From: Candidatus Multivoradales bacterium | GTDB lineage: Bacteria; Acidobacteriota; Thermoanaerobaculia; Multivoradales; JAHEKO01 | DNA length: 64,000 bases | Direction: 5' to 3' | Assembly: GCA_965248055.1 (NCBI GenBank) | Contig: CBDFIJ010000004.1 | Span: 2,112,001 to 2,176,000, forward strand | In this document: positions 10,068-19,646 of the stretch, in pieces | Numbering within the stretch: position 1 is the stretch's first letter | How the letters are laid out: every line of letters begins with the position of its first letter | Position numbers and translations under genes: made by a program | The notes under the pieces: model-generated | What the model saw: only the letters and a program-made list of their open reading frames with translations | Database searches by the model: none | Told to the model about the DNA's origin: nothing

Positions 10068-11050
10068 CGCCCAAGTCTCGGGTCGTACTGTGGGTCTTGC
10101 TAGCGCTGGTCGCCCTCGCCGGGCTGACCGCGTGGGAGTTCGCTAGCGCACCCGGAGAACTCTCCTGGAGGTCGCCGTTGGGGCAGACCGTGTTCTGGAG
10201 GTTGCGGCTGCCACGATTGCTATTGGCGATGGCCGCCGGGGGGCTTCTCTCGGTGGCGGGCGCTGGATTCCAAACCATTTTCCGCAACCCGCTCGCCGAG
10301 CCCTACACCCTTGGTGTTGCCAGCGGGGCAGCGCTGGGTGCGGTGCTGGCGATTCAACTCGGAGCTGCAGTGGTGGGAGGGATTCCAGCGATTGCCTTGG
10401 CCGCTTTTGCGGGCGCTCTTGGGGTCACTTCGCTGCTGTTGTCTTTTGCTGGGCGCAGGTCGCAGATCGGTGGTTCCAGTGCCGCCACCATCTTGCTCGC
10501 CGGCGTGGTGATTTCGTTGACCTGCTCCGCGTTGATCTTGTTGCTCCAAGCCCTCGCCGACTACACCCAAACCTTCCGTATGGTGCGTTGGATGATGGGA
10601 GGCTTGGCAACCGTCGACTACCAATCAGTTCTGTGGCTCAGCTATTGGAGCTTGGTGGTGCTCGGGGTTGCGGTCCGATTCCATCTCCAGTTCGATTTGT
10701 TGCTCACCGGCGAAGAATTCGCCCAAGGTCGTGGCCTCAACGTTGCCCGCTTTCGACGCTGGGCACTGGTGACCGCGTCTCTCGCCATCGGTGCCGCCGT
10801 CGCCGTGGTCGGCCCGATTGGTTTCGTTGGCTTGGTGGTGCCGCACATCGGCCGCAGCTTGGTCGGCACACGCCATCGACAGCTGCTGCCGGTGGTGTGG
10901 CTTCTCGGCGCAGTCCTGCTCGCCTTCGCTGACTTCGGCGCGCGCAAAATCCTCTCTCCTGCCGAACTCCCGGTCGGCGTCATGACCTCCTTACTCGGTG
11001 CCCCCGTGTTCTTGTGGATCTTGCTGCGCCGAGGTCTTCGGTCCGGTTAG
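10064..11050 (+). CDS. btuC: Cobalamin/iron-chelate ABC transporter permease (FecCD family)
   Basis: LRLPRLL, FRNPLAEPYTLGVASGA, GPIGFVGLVVPHI, ELPVGVMTSLLGAP. Confidence 0.92.
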   Translation: MTPKSRVVLWVLLALVALAGLTAWEFASAPGELSWRSPLGQTVFWRLRLPRLLLAMAAGGLLSVAGAGFQTIFRNPLAEPYTLGVASGAALGAVLAIQLGAAVVGGIPAIALAAFAGALGVTSLLLSFAGRRSQIGGSSAATILLAGVVISLTCSALILLLQALADYTQTFRMVRWMMGGLATVDYQSVLWLSYWSLVVLGVAVRFHLQFDLLLTGEEFAQGRGLNVARFRRWALVTASLAIGAAVAVVGPIGFVGLVVPHIGRSLVGTRHRQLLPVVWLLGAVLLAFADFGARKILSPAELPVGVMTSLLGAPVFLWILLRRGLRSG

Positions 11051-11160
11051 TGGATTGCTGGGTGGACCACAGCTACCCACAACACCCCCTGCCACCCAAG
11101 ACGACGGGCCAGGGGTCTGAAATCAAAGAAACGAGACAAGAAGAAACCAAAAGCCTTCAG

Positions 11161-11655
11161 CTAGGTGCCCCCGCCCAGCCCGAGTAGATCAATGGCGCGG
11201 TAGACACTACGCCGAGAGATTCCGAGCTGTCGGGCGATCTCAGTTTTTGAGGTCCCGGCTTCGGCTAGGGTTTTTATCGTTTCCACCTTCTTGGGAGTTA
11301 GAACGAACCGCGCGCCCTTCTTGCGACCACCCCAGGTTTTGCCTTCCGCCTTGGCTTTAGCAATCCCGGCGCGGGTGCGCTCAGAAATAATTTCCCGTTC
11401 GTACTCGGAGAAGGCAACCAGGAGAGTTCTAAACATTCGACCTGCCGGAGTGGAGGAGTCAAGCGCTCCACCATCGCGGATCGACACCAAGCGCACGCCC
11501 TGGCCGTCGAGTTCATCGAGAAACGGAACCAGCTCGCGCGCAGTACGGCCCAGACGGTCCAGTCTCCACACAACCAGAGTGCTCTACCGCACCGCGGCGC
11601 AGATCGTCGCTTAGAGAGCCAAATCCTGGACGGTTGAGGGTTCGACCGTCAAAGT
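11161..11655 (-). pseudogene. Serine recombinase (resolvase/invertase) pseudogene
   Basis: VVWRLDRLGRT...STPAGRM...EYEREIISERTRAG...C-terminal HTH; the upstream piece DGRTLNRPGF..L.DDLRRG lies in another frame (shift near 11582); the N-terminal catalytic YxRVS motif is absent. Confidence 0.85.
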
Positions 11656-11922
11656 AAACCCAACAGCCAAAAGAGTCACACCCACCACGAGAAGCAACCA
11701 TCCAAGTAACCGGAGCTCGCTAGGCGCGATCATCGGCCCTTCCACCACACCCACAAAGCAATAGCAGCTATGTATAAGAAAAAGGCAAATCGGCCCCAGG
11801 GCAGTGGCTCCCCCCCCCCCGAGAATCGAAAAAGGAAGACCAACAACCACAAAAACCATAGCTAGAAGCAAAACCACAGCGAGCCAGAGCAGGCTGCCGG
11901 CCTCCTTGAGAAACCCCATCAC
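11611..11922 (-). CDS. Possible small hydrophobic membrane protein
   Basis: 103-aa ORF with about 3 hydrophobic stretches; contains a G11 run; overlaps the resolvase relic. Confidence 0.35.
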   Translation of the reverse strand: MMGFLKEAGSLLWLAVVLLLAMVFVVVGLPFSILGGGGATALGPICLFLIHSCYCFVGVVEGPMIAPSELRLLGWLLLVVGVTLLAVGFTLTVEPSTVQDLAL

Positions 11923-12136
11923 GGCTCGATCTTAGCGGCGGGCCAGGCTCCAACCCATCGGTCGGTGCGAGCTTTAGTAAACCAATGACCGATGGCCTCT
12001 TGACCAACCTTTGAGGTGGTAGCAAAAACCGGTCGGCCTTTATCGTCGTCAAGAAACGAGAGAAGGACTGGCGCTTTTTTAACTCGCGCTAGTACAGCAG
12101 CTTCGGTTTCGGCAGGTTCTTGCTAAGGAGGGCAGC

Positions 12137-12304
12137 ATGAGTAGCAAATTGACAAAAGTGTTTTTGGCGGGTGTTTGCGCGACAGCTCTAGCGATTGGCG
12201 CATATGCGCACTCTGTAGTCGGGGTTAGATACGGTGAATGGAATGGAAAAAAATTCGTCGTGCTGACGATGTCAGATGGAACCTACGATATTCGTACGCT
12301 CTGA
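12137..12304 (+). CDS. Small secreted peptide, 55 aa (not in the ORF track)
   Basis: AAGGAGG RBS, ATG 12137, TGA 12302-12304; MSSKLTKVFLAGVCATALAIGAYA-HSVVGVRYGEWNGKKFVVLTMSDGTYDIRTL with an AxA cleavage site. Confidence 0.75.
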   Translation: MSSKLTKVFLAGVCATALAIGAYAHSVVGVRYGEWNGKKFVVLTMSDGTYDIRTL

Positions 12305-12426
12305 AGCGGGCTAGGTTAACCGCTTGTTTGAAAGAACCCTGCACAACCGGTCTGGTAATGTCTTGGACACCGTAGGCCGCGTGGATACACTCAAGCCAGT
12401 GTCCAGAATTACCGGGAAAAGATTTT

Positions 12427-13632
12427 ATGCGTAGATTAGTTTACGTTTTGGTTTGTTGCTTTTTTGTTTTTGGGACGCACGGAGCGCTGGCCGTTGCTGC
12501 GGAACCAGTGGTTCTCCAACGCATAGAAAGTAAAGACCTAGACAGCTTTCTCGTCGAGGAAGAAACAGGCACGCTGTTGTTGGCAACAAGCGAAGGCGCC
12601 AGTTTTTCGTTGTTCAACACCAAGTCTACAAAAGTCGCGAGTTTCTCGTTATCAGGTAAGCATATAAACACAACCGGGCCACTCAAGGACGCCTTGGCGG
12701 ACCCACTTCGATCTCCGGGGGTCAACCAACTTAAGGATGGGGGCTCTGGCTTTGCCCTCTCAAAGTCTGGGACCATTGGCGTCGTGGGCAACCCTTTTTT
12801 TATGTACACATATCGGGCAACTGGCAGCAAAGAAAAAGGGGCGTTTTCCCTTATGCCCGTGGCCACCTCGGTTGTTGCGGTGGGAAGCAGGTGGGCCGTA
12901 AGCACACTTCCGCTGCCTGGCGGCATGCTAGGCGAAGATGTTCCATTTCCAACGAGCCGGCTTATTGTTTACGACAGTGATGGAGACGCAAGACTAGGTG
13001 TTTTGGATATAAACGAGGCGGGCAGCCCGACGATTAGAGCAAGAGAGTTGATACTCGTTTCAGATGGAAACAGAGTCCGTTATGCAATTGAAAGGGGGTC
13101 GCATCGCGTTTATGCATTAACGCGCGACTATGAAGTGGCGGAATTAATGGAGGATACGCGACGGCAGTATCAACCCCCCGAGGACCTAGAGGAGACAATT
13201 AAGCACCACAAGGAGGAGGCTGACAAGGCCTACAAGCAACACGTCGACACTGCCGGCAAAGAGCTAACAGGAAGTGCACCGTCAACGATCACTCCCGAGA
13301 AGCCACCTGCGCCGCGAAGGGCAACATTTCTCAAGATCAAGCCCGCTGTGCTTGCGGCCACCTGGAACAAACCCCTAGGAAAGCTGGCAATGGTTTCTAC
13401 CGGGAAGGGCGGCGAACAATTTCTTGAGCATTTTGACCCTACTTCAAAGAAGCTTACTCGCTGGCAGTTGCAGGAGCGTGGCTGGAAGGTCGGCGGAATG
13501 GTGGCCTGCAACACGAGCTACGTGTTTCTACTGGTGGGGGAGAACGGTCAGCAGAAGATCGGAAAACTCGACAGCTGGGAACTGGAAAACGGAGAGCAAG
13601 CGGAAAGCTTCCGTGTTACAGAAATTGACTAA
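12427..13632 (+). CDS. Exported beta-strand-rich protein, possibly a beta-propeller
   Basis: Signal peptide; repeated short hydrophobic strands with Gly/Asp turns and a charged helical insert; fold is inferred. Confidence 0.7.
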   Translation: MRRLVYVLVCCFFVFGTHGALAVAAEPVVLQRIESKDLDSFLVEEETGTLLLATSEGASFSLFNTKSTKVASFSLSGKHINTTGPLKDALADPLRSPGVNQLKDGGSGFALSKSGTIGVVGNPFFMYTYRATGSKEKGAFSLMPVATSVVAVGSRWAVSTLPLPGGMLGEDVPFPTSRLIVYDSDGDARLGVLDINEAGSPTIRARELILVSDGNRVRYAIERGSHRVYALTRDYEVAELMEDTRRQYQPPEDLEETIKHHKEEADKAYKQHVDTAGKELTGSAPSTITPEKPPAPRRATFLKIKPAVLAATWNKPLGKLAMVSTGKGGEQFLEHFDPTSKKLTRWQLQERGWKVGGMVACNTSYVFLLVGENGQQKIGKLDSWELENGEQAESFRVTEID

Positions 13633-14454
13633 AGTGGTTGCGATACTAACCCGCTGCACCCTCCGCCAACAAAGGTGCAATTCGCCTGTTGGCGATCCTT
13701 AGAAAAGCCTAACTCTACTTAGAGTTATCCACCGACCGAAGGTGTTGGCGTTGCGCTTTTCACGGTAAAATGTGCGGAATCGTTTGCCGCGCTTGCGTCG
13801 GACTCACCCCACAAAAGGAAATGAAGAGGTTTTTGCAGGAGTGCGACAAGCCACGCCTGGGGCACGAGCCGCATCGGTGTAATTTCTTACTCTAAGCCTA
13901 GGCTGTAGTTCTAACGGGATCCTCTACTGAGGCCAGCGCGTGGTTGGCACGAGGGTGGCCAAAACCTATAGCAGTATCCGGCTGTTGCAACATGTGTCAA
14001 ATGAAGGAAGGTTCTAGTGGCACACCGAGACGAGAGCCAGAGTCCCCGGGATACCCGCCCATGGAGGTACGGACGAAACAAAGGGTTCATTTGGCACACT
14101 TTTGGGATAGCGACCCCGGGCCGATCCGCTCGAATCGGAGCGGCCTTGCGCACCCGTGTGCGCCTGTACGCGCCCGTATGCACCAAGGCAAGAACAACGT
14201 ACGAGAATTCAGCTTTTGTTATTAGGGGTCAAAGAAGGAATTTTTGCCAGCTGGCACAAGTAGGCAGCGGCCAACAAAAGAGCCCCAATAACTAGATCTG
14301 TCGTCAGGGCGGCGAGAAAATCAACCAGCACCAAACAATTTTGCCACGCAACATTTATTAGACAAAGCTGCACGCTCGCCCGGCAACTTGCGGCTTTTCA
14401 ATAGGTTAAGAACTAAAGCCCGACCGGAGGCACGCACCGTAAAATGGCCTGGAC

Positions 14455-14700
14455 ATGAGAATGCCGAGAGTCACAATCTCGCTTCTAGTAGACCTTGTGG
14501 CCGCGCTTGACAGTGCGGCTGTTGACGCAGGGTGTTCGCGTTCCGAGCTCGTCCGCGTAGCGCTTGCGATCTACCTAGCGCAGCCCTACACACCGACCGC
14601 CAGCGAGGCCAAGGTTATTTCTTCGTGCTTCGAGCCGGACGTGACTTCGGTGCAACGGCTAGCTTCAGTAACGCAATTCCCGTCAGCTCTCCTAGAATAG
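14455..14700 (+). CDS. CopG/ribbon-helix-helix-like small protein (possibly decayed)
   Basis: RVTISL...LVAALDSAA...G.SRSELVRVALAIYL fits the RHH pattern. Confidence 0.6.
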   Translation: MRMPRVTISLLVDLVAALDSAAVDAGCSRSELVRVALAIYLAQPYTPTASEAKVISSCFEPDVTSVQRLASVTQFPSALLE

Positions 14701-14705
14701 AAGCG

Positions 14706-15476
14706 ATGCGTTTGTACCGACTTGGCCCGGACGGGGTCTACGCCGTAGAGGACGATGAAGGGTTTCGCTTCCTCCACTCGGACCCTTGGCAGACTCAACC
14801 CGGTGGCTGGGAGTACGGCCGAACGATCGACGCTCCGCCGAGTCTGCTGCCCCCGGTCAAGCCGGGAAAGATCGTTGGCATTGGTCGCAACTATCGCGCT
14901 CACGCTGAGGAGTTAGGCAACGAAGTTCCTGACGAGCCGTTGATCTTTCTCAAGGCACCTTCTTCGGTGGTCGGGCCCAAGGCGCCGATTTTGACGCCCA
15001 GCATGAGCGAACGGGTCGACTACGAGGGTGAGATCGCAGTGGTCGTGGGTCGACGACTGGTGCACGCCAGCGAGGACGAAGCGCGCGGTGCGGTTTTTGG
15101 TATCACCGCAGCCAACGACGTCACCGCCCGCGATCTGCAGCGCAGAGACAAGACCTTTGCTCGTGGCAAATCATTTGACAGCTTCTGTCCGCTGGGTCCA
15201 GCGATTCAAGTCAACCCCGATTGGGATGCCTTGGAAGTGCGCACCCAGGTGAATGGCGAGTTGCGCCAGCACGGCCACATCAGCCAAATGATTTGGTCAC
15301 CGGTGGAACTACTGGTCTACATTTCGCGTCACATGACGCTATTGCCAGGGGATTTAGTCCTCACCGGAACCCCGGAGGGGGTCGGCGAGCTGGCAGCTGG
15401 CGACCGGGTTGAGGTTGAAGCGACCGGGGTCGGAATCCTAGAAAACAAAGTGGAACCAGATCGTCGAGGCCAGTGA
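14706..15476 (+). CDS. Fumarylacetoacetate hydrolase family protein
   Basis: KIVGIGRNYRAHAEE, EPLIFLKAPSS, DYEGEIAVV, NDVTARDLQ, RGKSFDSFCPLGP, GDLVLTGTPEGVG. Confidence 0.95.
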   Translation: MRLYRLGPDGVYAVEDDEGFRFLHSDPWQTQPGGWEYGRTIDAPPSLLPPVKPGKIVGIGRNYRAHAEELGNEVPDEPLIFLKAPSSVVGPKAPILTPSMSERVDYEGEIAVVVGRRLVHASEDEARGAVFGITAANDVTARDLQRRDKTFARGKSFDSFCPLGPAIQVNPDWDALEVRTQVNGELRQHGHISQMIWSPVELLVYISRHMTLLPGDLVLTGTPEGVGELAAGDRVEVEATGVGILENKVEPDRRGQ

Positions 15477-15505
15477 GTCGAAGCCAGTAAGTCGAGGCCA
15501 GTGAG
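15464..15505 (+). repeat. 3 x 14-bp tandem repeat (TCGA(G/A)GCCAGT(G/A)AG) over the FAH stop codon
   Basis: Directly visible in the sequence. Confidence 0.8.
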
Positions 15506-15514
15506 TTCAGGACA

Positions 15515-15745
15515 ATGAAAAAACTCCAATCCCGCGCGAGTGAATTCTCCTTGGCTCACGTCTTACTGCCGACCGTAGCTGGTCTCGCCGGTGCGCTGTA
15601 CTCTCGATACTTGCGCCATCATCCCTGGGCGGCGGCCTTGATGATTGGTCTAGCGGTGGCAACTTTGGCCTACGGGGGCATCAAGTCTCGCCAGCGGTTG
15701 CAGTGGATCTATCGGGTTGCCCGCAGTCCGTGGCGCCGAGAGTAG
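15515..15745 (+). CDS. Small two-helix membrane protein
   Basis: AGGA RBS; two hydrophobic segments; co-oriented with neighbours. Confidence 0.6.
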   Translation: MKKLQSRASEFSLAHVLLPTVAGLAGALYSRYLRHHPWAAALMIGLAVATLAYGGIKSRQRLQWIYRVARSPWRRE

Positions 15746-15796
15746 CCGACCTCGAATGCGCCAGCAGCGGAGAAACGTGGCAAGATTCTCTCAGCG

Positions 15797-16258
15797 ATGA
15801 AGATCATTGAAACAATTGCAGTGCCTGTGGCCGTCGGCTTGGTTCTGACTCTAGCTGCCTGTGGCACCCCCGAGCCGGTGTCGGTAGACCCCGGTGAGGC
15901 GGTAGACGTCACCGCCAGTCCGGTTGAGAACCTGACTACCGAATACGACGAGGTCGCCCCCGAGCGCGACGAAGAACAACTGTCCGGAGTCTTACCGACC
16001 GGATTCCCCGCCGATGTACCGGTCTACACTCCTTCCAGCTTGATCGAATTTGGCGAGGGCGGCGGTGGGCGATTTGTCCTTCTGGCGAGCCCCGACTCTG
16101 CGGATGCGGTTCGCACTAGCTTTCGCTCCAGTTTGGAGTCAGCCGGTTGGGTGCGATCCGGTGGCAGTCGTGAAGAGCGCTTCGCCAAGGACGATCGAAC
16201 TGTCAAAGTCGAAGTGCGGGTCAAAGGCAGTGGCAGCGAGATCCGTATTGCCTACTGA
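15797..16258 (+). CDS. Hypothetical lipoprotein
   Basis: Lipobox LAAC; LPTGFPADVPVY motif. Confidence 0.75.
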   Translation: MKIIETIAVPVAVGLVLTLAACGTPEPVSVDPGEAVDVTASPVENLTTEYDEVAPERDEEQLSGVLPTGFPADVPVYTPSSLIEFGEGGGGRFVLLASPDSADAVRTSFRSSLESAGWVRSGGSREERFAKDDRTVKVEVRVKGSGSEIRIAY

Positions 16259-16278
16259 TCTGATCGTTTTCTAACTCC

Positions 16279-16617
16279 ATGCCCAACGACCCCATGTCCA
16301 TTGATTCGATCAAGCTGGATTTGAAGGACAAAAATCCGAAACCGTCGCCTGATCATGGCGAGGCGGACGCGCTTCAGGGCGATACTGCCGCTGACAAGGC
16401 AAACGCGGCTTCCGCGAAACAGAGATCCCAAAACCTCAGTCCCGGGTTCGATTTCGCCGCCGCCGTTGCTGGCCTAGCTTTGCTCGGCTATTGGATCGAC
16501 CGCAGCCAAGGATCCAGCCCCTGGGGTGTCCTGATCGGTTCTCTTCTGGGTATCGTTGGCGGTCTATACAACGCGATCCGGGCTGCAGGGATCGTTGGCC
16601 GATCCTCCAACCGATGA
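16279..16617 (+). CDS. atpZ: AtpZ/AtpI-family ATP synthase accessory protein
   Basis: LLGYWIDRSQGSSPWGVLIGSLLGIVGGLYNAIR motif; position upstream of atpB. Confidence 0.85.
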   Translation: MPNDPMSIDSIKLDLKDKNPKPSPDHGEADALQGDTAADKANAASAKQRSQNLSPGFDFAAAVAGLALLGYWIDRSQGSSPWGVLIGSLLGIVGGLYNAIRAAGIVGRSSNR

Positions 16618-16970
16618 CTCCACGAGTATTTTGGCCAACCGTGGTCGCCGCGTTCCTGGTGCTTGCCCTGGTCAGCCGATGGCTGGTTTCAAGCGAGAAT
16701 TACCCGGTGGTGCTGGCAACCCTAGCCGCCACCTTTGCTGGTGCCTGCGTCGGCGCGCTCATCCTGCTGGTCTTGCGCATATCTCCCAATGCCCTGATGG
16801 CCGCCACCCTGGGTCGTTCCGCGGTCTCGATCGCTGGCGTGGTCATGGTTTGGTTGCTGATGGAGCCTCCGGTCAAGCCGCTTCTCGGTGCCCTAGCCCT
16901 CGGCTACTGTGTCTTTCTCGCCATTGAAACCGCCCTCGCCTACTCGGTCAACCAAGCCAAGATCGGTTGA
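16614..16970 (+). CDS. atpI: ATP synthase subunit I-like four-helix membrane protein
   Basis: Four hydrophobic helices; ATGA coupling to atpZ; operon position. Confidence 0.65.
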   Translation: MTPRVFWPTVVAAFLVLALVSRWLVSSENYPVVLATLAATFAGACVGALILLVLRISPNALMAATLGRSAVSIAGVVMVWLLMEPPVKPLLGALALGYCVFLAIETALAYSVNQAKIG

Positions 16971-17024
16971 CTGGATCGGTTGCGGAAGACCTGAGTCCAA
17001 AGTCCCAATTGCTGCGATGTTGAC

Positions 17025-17270
17025 GGGAGGGGTTTACCCCCTCTCGTAGCGTTTCCATTTGGAACTCGAGCGTCAGATCCCCCTAACCGCCTTTGTCATC
17101 CTGAGCGACCGTAGGGAGTCGAAGGATCTCAAACCTCCCCACCGAGAAGAGCCCGACCAACACCCAGACCACACGAACGTTGGCCTCAAGAGACCATACC
17201 AGTATCCGACAACCCTTGATTCCGTGCCTTCGTAGGGCAGGGGTTTATCCTCTCCTGAACGGCCTCCCGA
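17025..17270. repeat. REP-like palindrome cluster (type A at 17095-17130, GTAG-type near 17025 and 17232)
   Basis: GTCATCCTGAGCGACCGTAGGGAGTCGAAGGATCTC and GTAGGGCAGGGGTTTATCCTCTCC match copies elsewhere in the window. Confidence 0.8.
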
Positions 17271-17321
17271 GCTGCCCTCCGAACTGGCCTCCGAAACACG
17301 ACCCAATCCGCACCCCAGAGC

Positions 17322-18573
17322 TGACCTAGATCAAACACCTGTGAGACAGCGCCGTTAGTCGCCGAGGCTGTGGGGGATGTGGGAATCTCGTGAGAGATTT
17401 CCAAGGGCTGTGGGAAGGCAAGCGTAGCTGGCTTTGCACCAGCCCATCATCATCCACAGCCTTGACAAGTAAAAAGGGGGCCAAGATCCTTCGGGTCTAT
17501 CGAATAACCCAAAACGAAGGGAGGCCCCCAGATGCAAATCGTCGCACTCGATCGCAGTATCTACAAGTACTACCGTGAAGACATCGTTGTCTTAAGCTCT
17601 CCGGCTCGTGATCGGCTGCGCTTGGTTGCGAGCTTCGAGCAACTACGCGACAAGGGGATCTCGGGTGAAGAAGCAGCTCAGATCTTGGGCAAGAGTCGAG
17701 CTACCCTTTACCGCTGGCGCAAACGCCTTGAACGTGGCCCCCGACATCTAGAACCGATCTCAAGCCGACCCAAACGGGTGCGTAAGGCTGACTGGTCACC
17801 TGAACTGGTACAGAGAGTCGAAAGTCTTCGTCGAGACTTTCCTGCCTGGGGCAAGGAAACCCTAGCGCCGCTGATCCAGGGCGAGGGCTTTGAGGTATCA
17901 GAAGCCACTGTCGGGCGTATCTTGCGCAAACTAATGGATCGAGGGGTAATCCACCGGGTACGCTACCGGCGCCAGAAGTACAAAAACTCCCGGCGTATGC
18001 GCCGGCTCCACGCTCAGCGACTGCCGAAATGGTGTCCCCGACCAACGCGCCCTGGCGAGCGACTGCAGATCGACACGCTGCATCTGGTCCCTGCTCCAGG
18101 CAAGTGGCTCAAACACTTTTCAGCCTCCTGTCCGGTCAGCCGGTGGACAGTGGGAGAGATCTATCAACGTGCCACTTCTCGCTGTGCAGCACGCTTTCTA
18201 GACAAAGTCATTGCCGAGTGTCCGTTTGACATCAGCTCGATCCAAGTGGACGGTGGTAGTGAATTTATGGATGAATTTGAGAAAGCCTGCCGAGATAGAG
18301 GCATCACCCTCTATGTGCTGCCGCCAAAGAGTCCGAAGCTCAACGGCACCGTCGAACGAATGCAGGAAACCTGGAGAGGAGAGTTTTATGAAATGTATGA
18401 GCTACCCGATACTGTCTCGGCTTTGAGACCTTACATCCAGAGATTCCAGGACCTCTACAACACCTACAGGCCGCACAAGAGCTTGAAAAGAAAACCCCCG
18501 GCAAGGTACCTTAGAAAACTCGACCCAGGGGTCGTGCTCCCGCCAACTGTCTCAAAGGTACTGATCTAGGACA
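17322..18573 (+). mobile_element. IS481-family insertion sequence
   Basis: Imperfect terminal inverted repeats TGACCTAGATCAAACACCTGTGAGACAG / CTGTCTCAAAGGTACTGATCTAGGACA; 5-bp target duplication AGAGC (17317-17321, 18574-18578). Confidence 0.88.
17532..18569 (+). CDS. IS481-family DDE transposase (HTH + integrase core)
   Basis: SRATLYRW HTH; RPGERLQIDT, IQVDGGSEF, PPKSPKLNGTVER, YNTYRPHKSL. Confidence 0.92.
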   Translation: MQIVALDRSIYKYYREDIVVLSSPARDRLRLVASFEQLRDKGISGEEAAQILGKSRATLYRWRKRLERGPRHLEPISSRPKRVRKADWSPELVQRVESLRRDFPAWGKETLAPLIQGEGFEVSEATVGRILRKLMDRGVIHRVRYRRQKYKNSRRMRRLHAQRLPKWCPRPTRPGERLQIDTLHLVPAPGKWLKHFSASCPVSRWTVGEIYQRATSRCAARFLDKVIAECPFDISSIQVDGGSEFMDEFEKACRDRGITLYVLPPKSPKLNGTVERMQETWRGEFYEMYELPDTVSALRPYIQRFQDLYNTYRPHKSLKRKPPARYLRKLDPGVVLPPTVSKVLI

Positions 18574-18574
18574 A

Positions 18575-18607
18575 GAGCTTGTGAGAAAGTTCACAAGCTC
18601 ATATAAT
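18575..18607 (+). promoter_or_regulatory. Sigma70-type promoter for atpB overlapped by a Rex-like operator
   Basis: TTGTGA-17 bp-TATAAT (18579-18607); palindrome GAGCTTGTGA-GAAAGT-TCACAAGCTC, one mismatch from TTGTGAA-N4-TTCACAA. Confidence 0.7.
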
Positions 18608-18689
18608 CCGCCCGCGCCCCCGGCCTCCCGCTGAGGGCATATGCTTACTCCGAACTGATTTCTAATTTGGCGCTCAACTAGTCGAACTT

Positions 18690-19526
18690 ATGAGTACGAG
18701 TCCGCTGGAACACATCGTTCAGCACCCCATCAAAACGGTTGAGGCCAATGCCGGGATATTGACTCCGGAGGGCACGATTACGGTGTTCTCGGACCACATC
18801 AGCATGATCCTTGCGGCTGGCTTGCTGTTGCTGCTAGTCGTTCCAGTGGCGATTCGTCGGCGTGGCGGCATCAACGGTCTGGTTCCTAAAGGGCTTGGAA
18901 ATGGGATTGAATTCGTCTGTAACTTCATCCGTGAGAACGTAGCCCGCCCTTACTTGGGCGAGTACACTGATCGCTTCATCCCTTACATCTGGAGCGTGTT
19001 CTTTTTCATTTTGACGATGAATTTGTTGGGGTTGTTACCGCTTGGTTCGATCTTTCCGGTGTTTTCACTACACCTGGGCGGAACTGCGACTGCGAACATC
19101 TGGGTCACAGCGACCCTGGCGTTGATGACTCTGGCAATGATGGTCGTCAATGGGCTACGAATCGGCGGCAAGCATTTTGTTGCTCATCTGTGCCCTGGCC
19201 CGTTGTGGTTGGCACCGTTGCTGGTGCCTTTAGAGCTGGTTGGCTTCCTGGCTAAGACTTTCGCTTTGGCCGTTCGTTTGTTTGCCAACATGGTTGCTGG
19301 CCACACCCTGCTTGCGGTCTTGATCGGATTCGTTCTCACCGCTGGCACTGCTCTGGGGACAGGTGCGGGAATTGCTCTGTCGATTCCGATCGTCCTCGGT
19401 GCAGTCGCGATCAACATGTTGGAGTTGATGGTTGCGGGGATTCAAGCTTTTGTCTTCACCTACCTGACAGCAGCCTTTATCGGCAGCTCGATTATGTTTG
19501 ATCACCCGGAGGCGGAAGCGCACTAA
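18690..19526 (+). CDS. atpB: F0F1 ATP synthase subunit a
   Basis: FFFILTMNLLGLLP, TATANIWVT, ALAVRLFANMVAGH, ELMVAGIQAFVFTYLT. Confidence 0.97.
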   Translation: MSTSPLEHIVQHPIKTVEANAGILTPEGTITVFSDHISMILAAGLLLLLVVPVAIRRRGGINGLVPKGLGNGIEFVCNFIRENVARPYLGEYTDRFIPYIWSVFFFILTMNLLGLLPLGSIFPVFSLHLGGTATANIWVTATLALMTLAMMVVNGLRIGGKHFVAHLCPGPLWLAPLLVPLELVGFLAKTFALAVRLFANMVAGHTLLAVLIGFVLTAGTALGTGAGIALSIPIVLGAVAINMLELMVAGIQAFVFTYLTAAFIGSSIMFDHPEAEAH

Positions 19527-19646
19527 CTAAAAGTGAACAATCGCTATGCCCGAAGCTGCGAGGCTAGAACGGGTCGTAAGGCGTGACTGCGATAGCGAGA
19601 ACAAACTGGGTGACCTCGCCCCCGGAGATATTTTGAGGTATTAAGA

